From NCBI GenBank assembly GCA_944323275.1, contig CALUSA010000001.1, forward strand, positions 1 to 63,194: a stretch of DNA of 63,194 bases. The letters are read 5' to 3'. The notes beneath the pieces were generated by a model that was given only the letters and a program-made list of their open reading frames with translations, was not told the DNA's origin and did not search any database. Shown here piece by piece: positions 37,478 to 47,531 of the stretch; the first letter of the stretch is position 1, and each line of letters opens with the position of its first letter. A program made the translations under genes and the position numbers. The stretch comes from Candidatus Gastranaerophilales bacterium. GTDB lineage: Bacteria; Cyanobacteriota; Vampirovibrionia; Gastranaerophilales; Gastranaerophilaceae.

Positions 37478-37606
37478 CGCAAAATTAGATAAGAAAATAT
37501 GGTTACAGTAAAATTTTAGCTTTATTAAACATAAATAAAATTGATTCGTTTGCGTGTTTGTTATAAATTTAAAATACGAAACATTACGAAGGATAGGGAA
37601 TAAAAA

Positions 37607-39406
37607 ATGACAACAGATGTACATACGCTTTCATCAATGAAAACACACTATAACGAAGATTTAACAATAAAAGACATAGATAAAGAAGTGACTCTTGCCG
37701 GCTGGGTTTCTGCAGTACGTGATCTCGGCGGTATTATTTTTATCGAATTAAGAGATAAATCAGGCTTCTTTCAAGTAGTTGCAGACCCTCAGATTAACCC
37801 TGATGTACACGCTGTTTTTTCAAAAATTAAAGACGAATATGTTATTCAGGTTAAAGGGAAAATAACCAAAAGACCTCCAGAAACATATAATCCTGACCTT
37901 GCTACAGGTGAAATTGAAATGTATCCGCAGGAGGTTAACATCTTTTCAGAAGCAAAACTTCTGCCGTTTGACCTTTCCTCAGACGACACAAAAGAAGATA
38001 TCCGGTTAAAATACAGATACCTTGATATCCGCCGTCCGCAAATGGCAAACAACTTAAAATTAAGGCACAAAATCGTTACTGCAATAAGAAGTTACCTTAA
38101 CAGCTGTGAATTTACCGAAGTAGAAACTCCTATTTTGATAAACACAACACCTGAAGGCGCAAGAGATTATCTTGTACCCAGCCGTGTTCAGGAAGGTAAA
38201 TTCTATGCACTTCCTCAATCGCCGCAAATTTTTAAACAGTTATTGATGGTCGGCGGTATTGAAAAATATTATCAAATTGCAAAATGCTTCCGTGATGAAG
38301 ACCTCAGAGCAGACAGACAGCCGGAATTTACACAGGTAGATATGGAAATGTCTTTTGCAACTCAAGACGATGTTATCACAATGACAGAAGGTCTTATTGT
38401 AGAGGCATTTAAAGCCGCAGGCGTTGAAGTTAAACCTCCGTTCACAAGAATCAGCTGGCAGGAGGCAATGGACAGATTCGGTTCTGACAAGCCTGATGCC
38501 CGTTTTGGTTTAGAATTGTTCGATATCTCAGATATTATGCTGGATTCTACTTTTGAACCGGTTAAAGAAACTCTTAAAAAAGGCGGTATAGCTAAAGCCA
38601 TAAAAATCCCCGGTATTGCAGGATACTCAAGAAAAGAGATGGATGATGTCCGTGCAACGGCGATTTCTTTCGGGGCTAAAGGTATTGCCTGGATTACCTA
38701 TATGGAAGACGGTACCGTAAAATCTCCGATTTTAAAATTCTTAACTGAAGAACAAATCCAAACTCTTAAAGAACGTGCTGGAGCAAACCCGGGTGATGTA
38801 GTTTTCTTTGTTGCCGATGAAAAGAAAACAACTTACGACGTTATGGGCAGATTCAGACTGTTCTTCGGTGAAAAATTAAACCTTATCGACAAAAGCAAAC
38901 ACGCACTTTTATGGGTCGTAGATTTCCCGATGTTTGAATACAGCAAGGAATTTGACAGAGTAATGGCTATGCACCACCCCTTTACATCTCCTAACATCGA
39001 AGATGTTGACAAAATGAAAACCGATCCGTTAAGTGTACGCTCAATCGCTTACGACATAGTTTACAACGGCACGGAACTCGGTGGCGGTTCTGTCAGAATA
39101 CATTCAAGTGAAGTTCAAAGCAAAGTGTTTGAAGCTCTTGGCTTTACGGAAGAAGAAGTGCAACAAAAATTCGGATTTATGATTCAGGCATTCCAGTACG
39201 GAACACCTCCGCATGCCGGATTGGCTATAGGGTTAGACAGACTTGTTGCACTGCTCACAGGTAACACCTCCATCAGAGAAGTTATTGCTTTCCCGAAAAA
39301 CTCTGCTGCAAAATGTCTGATGACCAACGCTCCGACTTATGCTTCAGAAGAACAGTTAATGGAGCTGCATTTAAAATCCACCGTAAAACACGAAGCAAAA
39401 GTATAA
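37607..39406 (+). CDS. aspS: Aspartate--tRNA ligase
   Basis: Class II motifs: FFQVVADP OB-fold, FRDEDLRADRQPEFTQVD, GGGSVRIH, GTPPHAGLAIGLDRL. 599 aa. Confidence 0.95.
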   Translation: MTTDVHTLSSMKTHYNEDLTIKDIDKEVTLAGWVSAVRDLGGIIFIELRDKSGFFQVVADPQINPDVHAVFSKIKDEYVIQVKGKITKRPPETYNPDLATGEIEMYPQEVNIFSEAKLLPFDLSSDDTKEDIRLKYRYLDIRRPQMANNLKLRHKIVTAIRSYLNSCEFTEVETPILINTTPEGARDYLVPSRVQEGKFYALPQSPQIFKQLLMVGGIEKYYQIAKCFRDEDLRADRQPEFTQVDMEMSFATQDDVITMTEGLIVEAFKAAGVEVKPPFTRISWQEAMDRFGSDKPDARFGLELFDISDIMLDSTFEPVKETLKKGGIAKAIKIPGIAGYSRKEMDDVRATAISFGAKGIAWITYMEDGTVKSPILKFLTEEQIQTLKERAGANPGDVVFFVADEKKTTYDVMGRFRLFFGEKLNLIDKSKHALLWVVDFPMFEYSKEFDRVMAMHHPFTSPNIEDVDKMKTDPLSVRSIAYDIVYNGTELGGGSVRIHSSEVQSKVFEALGFTEEEVQQKFGFMIQAFQYGTPPHAGLAIGLDRLVALLTGNTSIREVIAFPKNSAAKCLMTNAPTYASEEQLMELHLKSTVKHEAKV

Positions 39407-39432
39407 TTTAATAAAATATAAAAATACAAAAT

Positions 39433-39466
39433 AAAAACAGGAGTATTATTTAGCTCCTGTTTTTAT
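39433..39466 (+). terminator. Rho-independent terminator
   Basis: AAAAACAGGAG-loop-CTCCTGTTTTT. Confidence 0.8.
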
Positions 39467-39569
39467 TTTGTAACAGAATATCTTAACAACTGAACAAAAA
39501 GACGCTTTTTTCGTTATATAATATGTGTACTAATTATACATATTACGTGTGAGAAGGAGAAAAAAACAA

Positions 39570-40055
39570 ATGAAAAAACTATTTGCATTACTTGCCGTTT
39601 TTATAATTGCAGGGCTAAACATTGCAGCTAATGCAGCAACAACGACACCTGAAAAAGTTCTTGCTTTTTTTAATCAGTATATTGAAGCAGCAAATACTTA
39701 CAGCGAAACTATTACTGACTACTATTCCCCGAATGCAAAAATTATAAGGGTTGTAATGAAACCTGACGGTACAACCGCTTCTGTTACAGCAAACACAAAA
39801 CAGTACTTTAACCAGATGCGTCTTGGTGCAAACCTTGCTAAAATAAACAAATATAAAAATTATTATACTGAAAGAAAAATTACAAAGCAGGGCAATGACT
39901 ATAAAATCACCTGTTTAAGAAAACCGTCTACAAGTGATTACAAAATACCGGCTCACTTTGTAATCGGACTTGATGCAAACGGAAATCTGAAAATTAAAGA
40001 AGAAATGATGTACACAAAACAGCAAAAATTCTTAAAATACGCAAATAAAAATTAA
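39570..40055 (+). CDS. Secreted hypothetical protein
   Basis: AAGGAG RBS and ATG at 39570. Signal peptide (LLAVFIIAGLNIAANA). Possibly an NTF2-like fold, but this is unverified. Confidence 0.45.
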   Translation: MKKLFALLAVFIIAGLNIAANAATTTPEKVLAFFNQYIEAANTYSETITDYYSPNAKIIRVVMKPDGTTASVTANTKQYFNQMRLGANLAKINKYKNYYTERKITKQGNDYKITCLRKPSTSDYKIPAHFVIGLDANGNLKIKEEMMYTKQQKFLKYANKN

Positions 40056-41015
40056 CTATTCGTAAAGTACACAACGCACATAATGAGAGTCTGAAATTTT
40101 AGTTATTTCAGGCTCTTTTTGTGAGCAAACATCTTTTGCATACCTGCACCTTGTGTGAAAACGGCATCCGCAGGGCGGGTTTTTAGGAGAAGGAAGTTCT
40201 CCGTCAAGCTTAATTTCTTCCGCATCTTTTTTATAAACTGATGGGACAGCACTAATTAACGCCTGCGTGTAGGGATGTTTCGGGCTGTTAAATAAGGTTG
40301 CAGAATCAGATAATTCCACAATATCTCCGAGATACATAACCGCAATCCTGTCGCAAAGATATTTTACAACCCCGAGATCATGAGAAATAAAAAGTATTGT
40401 AAGGTTCAATTTCTCTTTTAAATTTTTTAAAAGTGTTATTATCTGAGCCTGAATACTCACATCGAGCGCAGAAACCGGCTCATCAGCAACAAGAAACTCG
40501 GGCTTTAAAATCAACGCACGTGCAATCGCAATTCTTTGCCTTTGCCCGCCGGAAAATTCATGCGGATAACGTTTTAAATCTTCCTCGCTTAAGCCTGTGA
40601 GTTCCACAATTTCAAAGATTCTTGAATTTATTTCATTTTTATCTCGTATCCCATGCACAACAAGCGGTTCACGCAGTATTTTATAAACAGTCATTCTCGG
40701 ATCAAGGCTGGAATACGGATTTTGAAAAATCATCTGTGATTTTTTTCTAAAATTTTTAATATCGTTATTCTTTAATTTGAGTATATTTTGCCCTTCAAAA
40801 CTGACTTCACCGGATGGTTCAATAAGTTTTAAAATTGCTTTACCGAGCGTAGATTTTCCGCATCCGGATTCTCCTACAAGCCCTAAAATTTCACCTTTTC
40901 TTATTTCAAGATTAATGTTGTTTAAAGCGTGTATAAATTCTTTTTTAGCACTCCAGTTCCCCGACATAATAGGGTAATACATATTTAAATTTTTTATATC
41001 AATAAGGGTTTGCAT
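40056..41015 (-). CDS. ABC transporter ATP-binding protein, oligopeptide/dipeptide (OppF/DppF) type
   Basis: Walker A GESGCGKST, signature FSGGQRQR, Walker B LVADEPVSALD, and C-terminal HPYTQALISAVP plus CRFHTRC. The Met at 41015 (MQTLIDIKNL) is preferred over the track start at 41162. Confidence 0.85.
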   Translation of the reverse strand: MQTLIDIKNLNMYYPIMSGNWSAKKEFIHALNNINLEIRKGEILGLVGESGCGKSTLGKAILKLIEPSGEVSFEGQNILKLKNNDIKNFRKKSQMIFQNPYSSLDPRMTVYKILREPLVVHGIRDKNEINSRIFEIVELTGLSEEDLKRYPHEFSGGQRQRIAIARALILKPEFLVADEPVSALDVSIQAQIITLLKNLKEKLNLTILFISHDLGVVKYLCDRIAVMYLGDIVELSDSATLFNSPKHPYTQALISAVPSVYKKDAEEIKLDGELPSPKNPPCGCRFHTRCRYAKDVCSQKEPEITKISDSHYVRCVLYE

Positions 41016-41144
41016 AAAAATATTATAGCGGTTTATTTTACGCTTGCATATAATCCATTTATTAAAATTTTCGCATACATTCGGGCTAAAGTAAAAAAAT
41101 AAAATGTTTTTAGTATAATAATAAAAAGAAAAGAAAGGTTCGGT

Positions 41145-41789
41145 ATGCTGGAACATATACATTCTTTTTTAAGTTATTTTTCAAAATTATTTGTAACTCT
41201 TGACGGTATCGGGCTTGCGCCTGTATTCATTGCTTTAACGGCAAATTCAAAAACAAAATGGCGCAATATCATGATGAACAAAGCTGTTGTAATAGCTTTC
41301 TTTATCTTATTATTTTTTGCTTATACCGGCTCCGTAGTACTGGATTTACTCGGCATTAGTTTAACAGCTTTAAAAATTGCCGGCGGGATATTGTTGTTAA
41401 TTATGGCTATTGACCTTGTTCTGGGGAATCCCGAACCGGCAATGAATAATGAAAACAAAGAAGAACGCAAAGAATCAATGAAAAGAAAAGATATCTCTGT
41501 TTTTCCTCTTGCGATTCCGCTGCTTTCAGGACCTGCGACAATTACTATGCTCACTATCTGTATGAAAAATGCTCAGGGTATGCCGTTAGAGCGTTCTTTG
41601 ATTATTGCGGCACTTGCCGTTAACTTGATTGTTGTATGGCTTATTTTAAAATTTTCTTCTAAAGTTAGCCAGATGCTCGGCAAAACGGGTGTCAGCGTTA
41701 TTAACAGGATTGTAGGAATCTTACTTGCAGCAATGTCTTGCGAATTTTTAATGAACGGCATTATAGAAATACTAAAACAGGCAAGATAA
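41145..41789 (+). CDS. MarC-family (UPF0056) integral membrane protein
   Basis: About 6 TM segments, a typical N-terminus (LFVTLDGIGLAPVFIALT) and a VFPLAIPLLSGPATI block. Confidence 0.75.
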   Translation: MLEHIHSFLSYFSKLFVTLDGIGLAPVFIALTANSKTKWRNIMMNKAVVIAFFILLFFAYTGSVVLDLLGISLTALKIAGGILLLIMAIDLVLGNPEPAMNNENKEERKESMKRKDISVFPLAIPLLSGPATITMLTICMKNAQGMPLERSLIIAALAVNLIVVWLILKFSSKVSQMLGKTGVSVINRIVGILLAAMSCEFLMNGIIEILKQAR

Positions 41790-41853
41790 TCTTTTTTGTT
41801 TTAAAATATTAAAACAACCGGCATGTTATACGATTGCTACCAAGGTAATGTAA

Positions 41854-42768
41854 ATGGATAAAAAAGAATTAATAGAAAAAATTAATCAATTAAAAAAAGA
41901 AAAAAACGCAATCATCCTTGCTCACACATATCAAAATTTGGAAATAGATGAAGTTGCGGACTTTTCCGGTGATTCTTTATACCTCAGCCGTCAGGCAGCA
42001 AAAACTGATGCTGATATCATTGTTTTTGCCGGTGTTTATTTTATGGCAGAAACAGCAAAAATTTTATCACCGCAAAAAACAGTTTTGCTTCCCAATCTTT
42101 CTGCAGGATGCGCTATGGCAGATAAAATCAATGCCGAGCAATTAAAAACATTTAAACAACAACACCCTGGTGTGCCTGTTGTCTGCTATGTTAATTCAAC
42201 AGCAGATGTTAAAGCGGAATCTGATGTTTGCTGCACAAGCGCAAATGCAATAAATGTTGTAAAATCACTTAATTCTAAAGAAGTTTTGTTTGTTCCGGAC
42301 AAACACCTCGGTGCATACGCAGAATCACAATTAGAAGGTGTAAAAGTCATTACTTATTCGGGATATTGTCCGGTTCACCACACTATTACTCCAGAAGATA
42401 TTGAAAGAAAAAAACGACTCTATCCTGATGCAAAGGTTATGGTTCATCCGGAATGTCCTGCGGAAGTTACAACAAAAGCGGATTTTGTCGGGTCGACAAC
42501 TGCAATTATTAAAGCCGTAAAAGAAAGCAGTGCAAAAAAATTCATTATAGTAACGGAAAAAGGTGTTGTTCAAAGACTTGAAAGAGATTGCCCCGACAAA
42601 AAATTCATTTTAATTAATGAAAGGGCAATTTGTTCTACAATGAAATTAATTCACCTTGAAGATATTCTAAATGCGTTGTTACATAATCAATACGAAATTG
42701 ACGTTGACAAACAAATTGCACAAAAAGCCTTAAAAGCTATTAACAGAATGATTAGTATTAACGCTTAG
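41854..42768 (+). CDS. nadA: Quinolinate synthase
   Basis: ILAHTYQ, FMAETAKIL, CYVNSTA..K, VHPECP and VTEKG blocks. 304 aa. Confidence 0.92.
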   Translation: MDKKELIEKINQLKKEKNAIILAHTYQNLEIDEVADFSGDSLYLSRQAAKTDADIIVFAGVYFMAETAKILSPQKTVLLPNLSAGCAMADKINAEQLKTFKQQHPGVPVVCYVNSTADVKAESDVCCTSANAINVVKSLNSKEVLFVPDKHLGAYAESQLEGVKVITYSGYCPVHHTITPEDIERKKRLYPDAKVMVHPECPAEVTTKADFVGSTTAIIKAVKESSAKKFIIVTEKGVVQRLERDCPDKKFILINERAICSTMKLIHLEDILNALLHNQYEIDVDKQIAQKALKAINRMISINA

Positions 42769-42792
42769 GACGACAAATAATTTCATAAAAAA

Positions 42793-42830
42793 GAAGTACG
42801 ATGGAAATAATACCTCGTACCTCTTTTTTT
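42793..42830. terminator. Hairpin terminator between convergent nadA and alcohol dehydrogenase genes
   Basis: GAAGTACGA-loop-TCGTACCTC followed by T7, preceded by an A-run. Confidence 0.6.
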
Positions 42831-42849
42831 ATAAATTTACACCGTATAT

Positions 42850-44064
42850 TTATTTATTGTAAGGTGTCATTGATTCTTCATAAATCTGTCTTACTCTTTC
42901 TTTTGTAGCTTCGTTAGGAGCAATACCGAGCAAACCGTCTAAAGAAGGAGTTGTAAAGCACAGATTTACCAGTTTATCAACATCAGCTTCGCTAAAGCCG
43001 TCATCAGTAAGTTTTTGTGTTACCCCCACCTCAAACAGCCATTTTTCCACCAATTTTGCCGCTTTTTCAGCTTCATCCGGTGTACCGCTCAAGCCCGGGG
43101 CAATCGGTTCAAGAATATCAGCCAGTGTTGCGGCTCTGTCAGGATAAATTGCTTTTACAACTGACGGCAGCAACATTGCAAGACCAAGACCGTGAGATAA
43201 ATCAGGTTTAACTGCACTCAACGGGTGCTCAAGAGCGTGAGTATAGTGCAGCAATCCGTTATCAAAACCAACTCCGCCCAGCAATGAAGCATAAAGCAGG
43301 TAATATCTCGGCTCGGGATCTTCAAGATTTGCAACAGCTTTAGGCAGGTATTTTGCAACGAGTCTTATTGTTTCTTTTGCAAGAGTAATTGCATAAGGAG
43401 AAGCTACCGTTGAAGTTGCTGCTTCTACAACATGGTTAACGGCATCTATTGAAGTGTACAAAGTCTGATTTTTAGACAGTTTTGTCATTAACTGCGGGTC
43501 ATCAATTGAATATGAAGGATAAATACAATCATAGGCTATAGCCGGTTTAAAGTTTTTAGACAACAAAGTAGCAACGGCAAATCTGTTAACCTCTGTACCA
43601 GTACCGTGAGTAAGATTGATTGCAACAATCGGTGCTGCTTTTTCAGGAGAGAATTTAAGTTCGTATAATTCTTCTGCTGTTTTGCCAGCATTTTCCAACA
43701 AAATGGCAACGCTCTTACCTGTATCGATAGGAGAACCTCCGCCTATTGCTATAACAGCTTTTGCACCGAATTCTTTTGCCTGTGCTATTGCCTCATTAAT
43801 AGCGTCTGTTGTTGGGTTAGGTGTAACCTTTGCATAATTTGTGTAGCCAATGCCGTTGTTTTGAAGTGCTTTTTCTACGTAATCCCAGGCACCAGTAGCT
43901 TTGTAAGCATTTCTTCCGCTGACTACAATAACTTTATCTATTCCTTTATTTTTCAAGTCTTTTGCAATGTCTTCGATTTTGGAAATTGCACCGACACCAA
44001 AGTAAACATTTGTCTTTACTCTGATTTCCTTAATTTCATTAATGTTTACATCCTTTTCCCACAT
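42850..44064 (-). CDS. Iron-containing (group III) alcohol dehydrogenase
   Basis: GGGSPIDTGK, the metal-binding IDAVNHVVEA region, and HALEHPL/SHGLGLAMLLP His motifs. 404 aa. Confidence 0.88.
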   Translation of the reverse strand: MWEKDVNINEIKEIRVKTNVYFGVGAISKIEDIAKDLKNKGIDKVIVVSGRNAYKATGAWDYVEKALQNNGIGYTNYAKVTPNPTTDAINEAIAQAKEFGAKAVIAIGGGSPIDTGKSVAILLENAGKTAEELYELKFSPEKAAPIVAINLTHGTGTEVNRFAVATLLSKNFKPAIAYDCIYPSYSIDDPQLMTKLSKNQTLYTSIDAVNHVVEAATSTVASPYAITLAKETIRLVAKYLPKAVANLEDPEPRYYLLYASLLGGVGFDNGLLHYTHALEHPLSAVKPDLSHGLGLAMLLPSVVKAIYPDRAATLADILEPIAPGLSGTPDEAEKAAKLVEKWLFEVGVTQKLTDDGFSEADVDKLVNLCFTTPSLDGLLGIAPNEATKERVRQIYEESMTPYNK

Positions 44065-44249
44065 AATGAATTCCTTTCTTTTTCTATCCGATACTATAAT
44101 ACACTATTTTTTGCAGTTTGCGTGAAATATTTTTTAACAACTTTTATTTACATTCGTTAACATATACTGCGTTATTCCTAAAGATTATCAGCATAATGCC
44201 CGATAAATAATTTAGTAATGTGTATGTGTAAAGTCGAACGGAATAACAA

Positions 44250-47200
44250 ATGGAGCTAAAACTTGCCGACGGAAGAAAAATTAATCTAAGCGATTTAGAC
44301 AAATTGGAAAATCAATCCTCTAATAACAAATTTCTTAAGTTCTTTGACAAACTTGGCTTTGGTGGGGATGGAAACAATATTTTTGATAAAAAAGAAATTG
44401 AAAAAATAAAAGCATTTCTCATAGAAATGTCGCAAGGTGACGGAGTAATCGACCAAAACGACTTAAACAAAACAATTTCAAAATACTCAAGCATATTTGA
44501 AAACTACAACTCATCTACCATGGCAGATGATATTTCTATGCTGACACTATCATCCTCGGACACTCCGGAGCTTTCTGATAAAAAACCTCTCCGTACCGTA
44601 AATTCAGGAGATACAATAGACAAAATCATAAAATCTCTCGGCTATGAAGGTGCTGATGCAAAAAAATATAGGGAAGCCCTTGTCAAACAGCTTGAAGAAA
44701 ACAACTCTTTTATGAATGACAGACAATGGCTGCTTGCAGGTTCTAAAATAGAGCTGCTGAGCGATAAGCAAATACAACAGCTCGGGATTAAAAAGCCTGT
44801 TGTAAAAGAACAGACTTCATCAACACCTCAAAAGAAAAAGACATCTGTCGGTCCGTCTTATACGGTAAAGCGCAATGACACTTTAGACAAAATCATAAAA
44901 TCTCTCGGCTATGAAGGTGCTGACGCAAAAAAATATCGGGAAGCCCTTGTCAAACAGCTTGAAGAAAACAACTCTTTTATAAATGACCGACAATGGCTGC
45001 TTGCAGGTTCTAAAATAGAGCTGTTGAGCGACGATACACTTAAAGAACTGGGAATTACTCCGGTTGCGCCTGTGCAGGAAGCGTCCGAGCCCGAAGCCGT
45101 CAGCTTGTCAAATAATCAACAAAATACTGAAGGACAACTGCTGACTAACCAGAGTGAGCCGGTAAATACTGATGATTCCCCGAAAATTGTTAAAAATTCA
45201 GCAAACAGAATAAAAGATATTATAACCCAAAGCGGACACAAAGCCGTCATAATAAACGAAAACGAACTGGACGCACATCAAAAATACCTGCTAAAAAGTT
45301 ACAAAGGTTTGTATAAAGTTCAACCTCAGCTTATTAAAGATGCAACAACAGGCGATATCCATATATTCTTTGATACAGAAAACTCTCAACAGGGAAAAGC
45401 TCTCGGTATGCAATCTATGGATATAATCTTCTGCACCAACGGCATTGACAAAATAAACAGATTTTATACAAACGGAAAAATAGTTCAGGATGTCGAGTTT
45501 CATTCCGGCAAAGGAAACTACAGCACATTGATTCAAGGACCATTGAATCAGAAGGCGGAAACACGAAAGGTCACAGATAAAGCTGTCCCTATATCAATAT
45601 CGGTTGACCCGTCAGTTCTTGCCGATGCCTCAGAGTCGGAAAAAGAAGAAATAATGAGTTTTGTTCATACACTGGAAAAAGAAAAGCCCAGATTAATGAA
45701 GGATCTCGGTATGGACAATGATACATATAATAAATTTGCAAAAATGTCGCTGGCAATAGCAATGCAGGAAACAAACTTCGGAAAATGTAAAAGTTATGCT
45801 GTTGATACAGGTCTGGGCGGTACCTTTGGCATGCTGAAGGATTCGCTTGCTGTCGTAAATATCGGCTTAAAAGAGATAGGCATTGATAACCCGATTAACG
45901 ATTCAACCGCAACTTCCAAGGGTCTTACACAGGTTAAAGTCGGGGACTGGGATGATGACCCTCGTATCAACAAACTCTTTGAAAAATACGGAATAAAAAA
46001 AGGTTATTACACAACACTCGACGGAAAACAATCAGCAGCAGCAACAATGATAGTCTTAAATGAACTGCGCAAAAAAGTTAAGGGCGAAGCCTTTCAAAAC
46101 GGTATAGAAGCAGCCGGGGATCGTTACTACCTATCCGACGCAAGACTCGTAAACGGAGAAAAAGAAACAAGACCGGGCGGATATCTGATAAAGAACGAAG
46201 TAACCGAAGATGATGCAATCTTGTACTTGTATAACGGTGCTCCGGGTGCGGTAAAGAAAGGAACAGCCACTCCCGGTATAAGGGTCTACACACACAATGC
46301 GGAAAGATATAAAAAACTGTTCACAATCAAAGAAAAATCTTCTGAAAGAGCAGCGGCATTTAAAAACGCAAGAACAGTGACTGAAAATGCTCCTGAAAAG
46401 AGAAAATCTATGCAATCCGATTTGGGCTGGGGCATAGGTCATGTCACTTTTATGCCAAAGCTTTATAATGGCGGCACAACAACAAATACAGAAAAAGAAA
46501 TTGATAATCTGCAGCAAACACTCCTTTTAAAAGGTTATGATGTAAGAAAGGTCAATAATCTTATTTATCAAATCAGACACAGAGAAATATCTTTTAGCAA
46601 CGGATTAACGGCAAAAGAATGTTCTTCATTCACAGAACAGGATTTGGAGCTGATTCTTGCGCACAGTGCACAGTTAAAACAACAGCTACAAGGAGTGCAG
46701 AACAAAAAGAAACAACGGGAAATATCAATGAATGCTGAACTGGAATTCAAACAAGCTTATCAGACAACCCATGCCCGCCAGATTTCATTGCAGGGTGTAG
46801 AAAACTCATCGGTTATACTAAACGATTCTGCAGGTGCAAATGTTTCTGTATATCCTGACAGAGGATACTGTACCGGTGCACAAAAACGCTGCAACAGATA
46901 TCTTACACAGTTAAGAAACGGCAGAAACCCTGACGGCGGTTTGTATGCATACCGCAACAGGGTAAACAAAGGACTGTACACAGGTTTTAACGTAGAACGT
47001 GATAAAGGTATAAACACAAATAACACATCTGATATTAATCTGCTTCTTGCTCAAAACGGTGCTGATGCCGCAAATACATTGCGTACCAGCGGCGGATGTC
47101 TGACAGGTGCAAAACAGGCTCTTATCGGTTCCGGTGCTGTACAGGCAGAGGAAATGACAAACTTTAGTAATGCCTTCCAGCTTGCGAACTTCCTTTCAAA

Positions 47201-47531
47201 ACATCCTGAAAGGTTTGAAGAAGTAAAATATGTACAACTGAGCGGGGATGTAGCACGTGAACTGACAGCGGCTGATATAAAAAATCTTCCGGCAGGTTAT
47301 ATTGTTGTCTACGGAAACAAAAGCAGAATTGATGTACCGGGACACGCAGCTATTACAAGCGGAAACGGTCAGCTTTATGCTGATGAAACCGATAACTCAA
47401 ACTGGGATAACTTTGCCTCAAAAGTTCAATCTCACAACGGTAAAGGCGAGCACGGATACGTGAGAGTGTTCAGGCTGAAACCGGAATATTTCACCGTGGA
47501 TAAACAGAAAAATGTTCTTGTAAAAGCTTAA
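44250..47531 (+). CDS. Large multidomain cell-wall-binding/hydrolase-like protein (2x LysM, SLT-like motif, C-terminal Cys/His hydrolase-like domain), no signal peptide
   Basis: Two LysM-like units (TVNSGDTIDKIIKSLGY... and YTVKRNDTLDKIIKSLGY...). LAIAMQETNFG resembles the lytic-transglycosylase catalytic-Glu block. The C-terminus has GGCLTGAKQAL and VPGHAAITSG, a CHAP/NlpC-like Cys..His arrangement. Confidence 0.6.
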   Translation: MELKLADGRKINLSDLDKLENQSSNNKFLKFFDKLGFGGDGNNIFDKKEIEKIKAFLIEMSQGDGVIDQNDLNKTISKYSSIFENYNSSTMADDISMLTLSSSDTPELSDKKPLRTVNSGDTIDKIIKSLGYEGADAKKYREALVKQLEENNSFMNDRQWLLAGSKIELLSDKQIQQLGIKKPVVKEQTSSTPQKKKTSVGPSYTVKRNDTLDKIIKSLGYEGADAKKYREALVKQLEENNSFINDRQWLLAGSKIELLSDDTLKELGITPVAPVQEASEPEAVSLSNNQQNTEGQLLTNQSEPVNTDDSPKIVKNSANRIKDIITQSGHKAVIINENELDAHQKYLLKSYKGLYKVQPQLIKDATTGDIHIFFDTENSQQGKALGMQSMDIIFCTNGIDKINRFYTNGKIVQDVEFHSGKGNYSTLIQGPLNQKAETRKVTDKAVPISISVDPSVLADASESEKEEIMSFVHTLEKEKPRLMKDLGMDNDTYNKFAKMSLAIAMQETNFGKCKSYAVDTGLGGTFGMLKDSLAVVNIGLKEIGIDNPINDSTATSKGLTQVKVGDWDDDPRINKLFEKYGIKKGYYTTLDGKQSAAATMIVLNELRKKVKGEAFQNGIEAAGDRYYLSDARLVNGEKETRPGGYLIKNEVTEDDAILYLYNGAPGAVKKGTATPGIRVYTHNAERYKKLFTIKEKSSERAAAFKNARTVTENAPEKRKSMQSDLGWGIGHVTFMPKLYNGGTTTNTEKEIDNLQQTLLLKGYDVRKVNNLIYQIRHREISFSNGLTAKECSSFTEQDLELILAHSAQLKQQLQGVQNKKKQREISMNAELEFKQAYQTTHARQISLQGVENSSVILNDSAGANVSVYPDRGYCTGAQKRCNRYLTQLRNGRNPDGGLYAYRNRVNKGLYTGFNVERDKGINTNNTSDINLLLAQNGADAANTLRTSGGCLTGAKQALIGSGAVQAEEMTNFSNAFQLANFLSKHPERFEEVKYVQLSGDVARELTAADIKNLPAGYIVVYGNKSRIDVPGHAAITSGNGQLYADETDNSNWDNFASKVQSHNGKGEHGYVRVFRLKPEYFTVDKQKNVLVKA
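44619..44764 (+). repeat. Internal DNA repeat copy 1 (LysM module)
   Basis: 146 nt differing at 5 positions (hand alignment) from 44886..45031. Offset is 267 nt, i.e. 89 codons, in frame. Confidence 0.9.
44886..45031 (+). repeat. Internal DNA repeat copy 2 (LysM module)
   Basis: See copy 1. The flanking codons of the two modules are much more diverged. Confidence 0.9.

Noticed and set aside
44250-47531. Interpreting the LysM/hydrolase giant as a type VI (or other contact-dependent) antibacterial effector.
   Set aside because: There is no adjacent immunity-like small gene, no PAAR, VgrG or Hcp, and no other secretion-system genes in the window. An autolysin role is at least as likely, so I kept it only as an open question in the findings.
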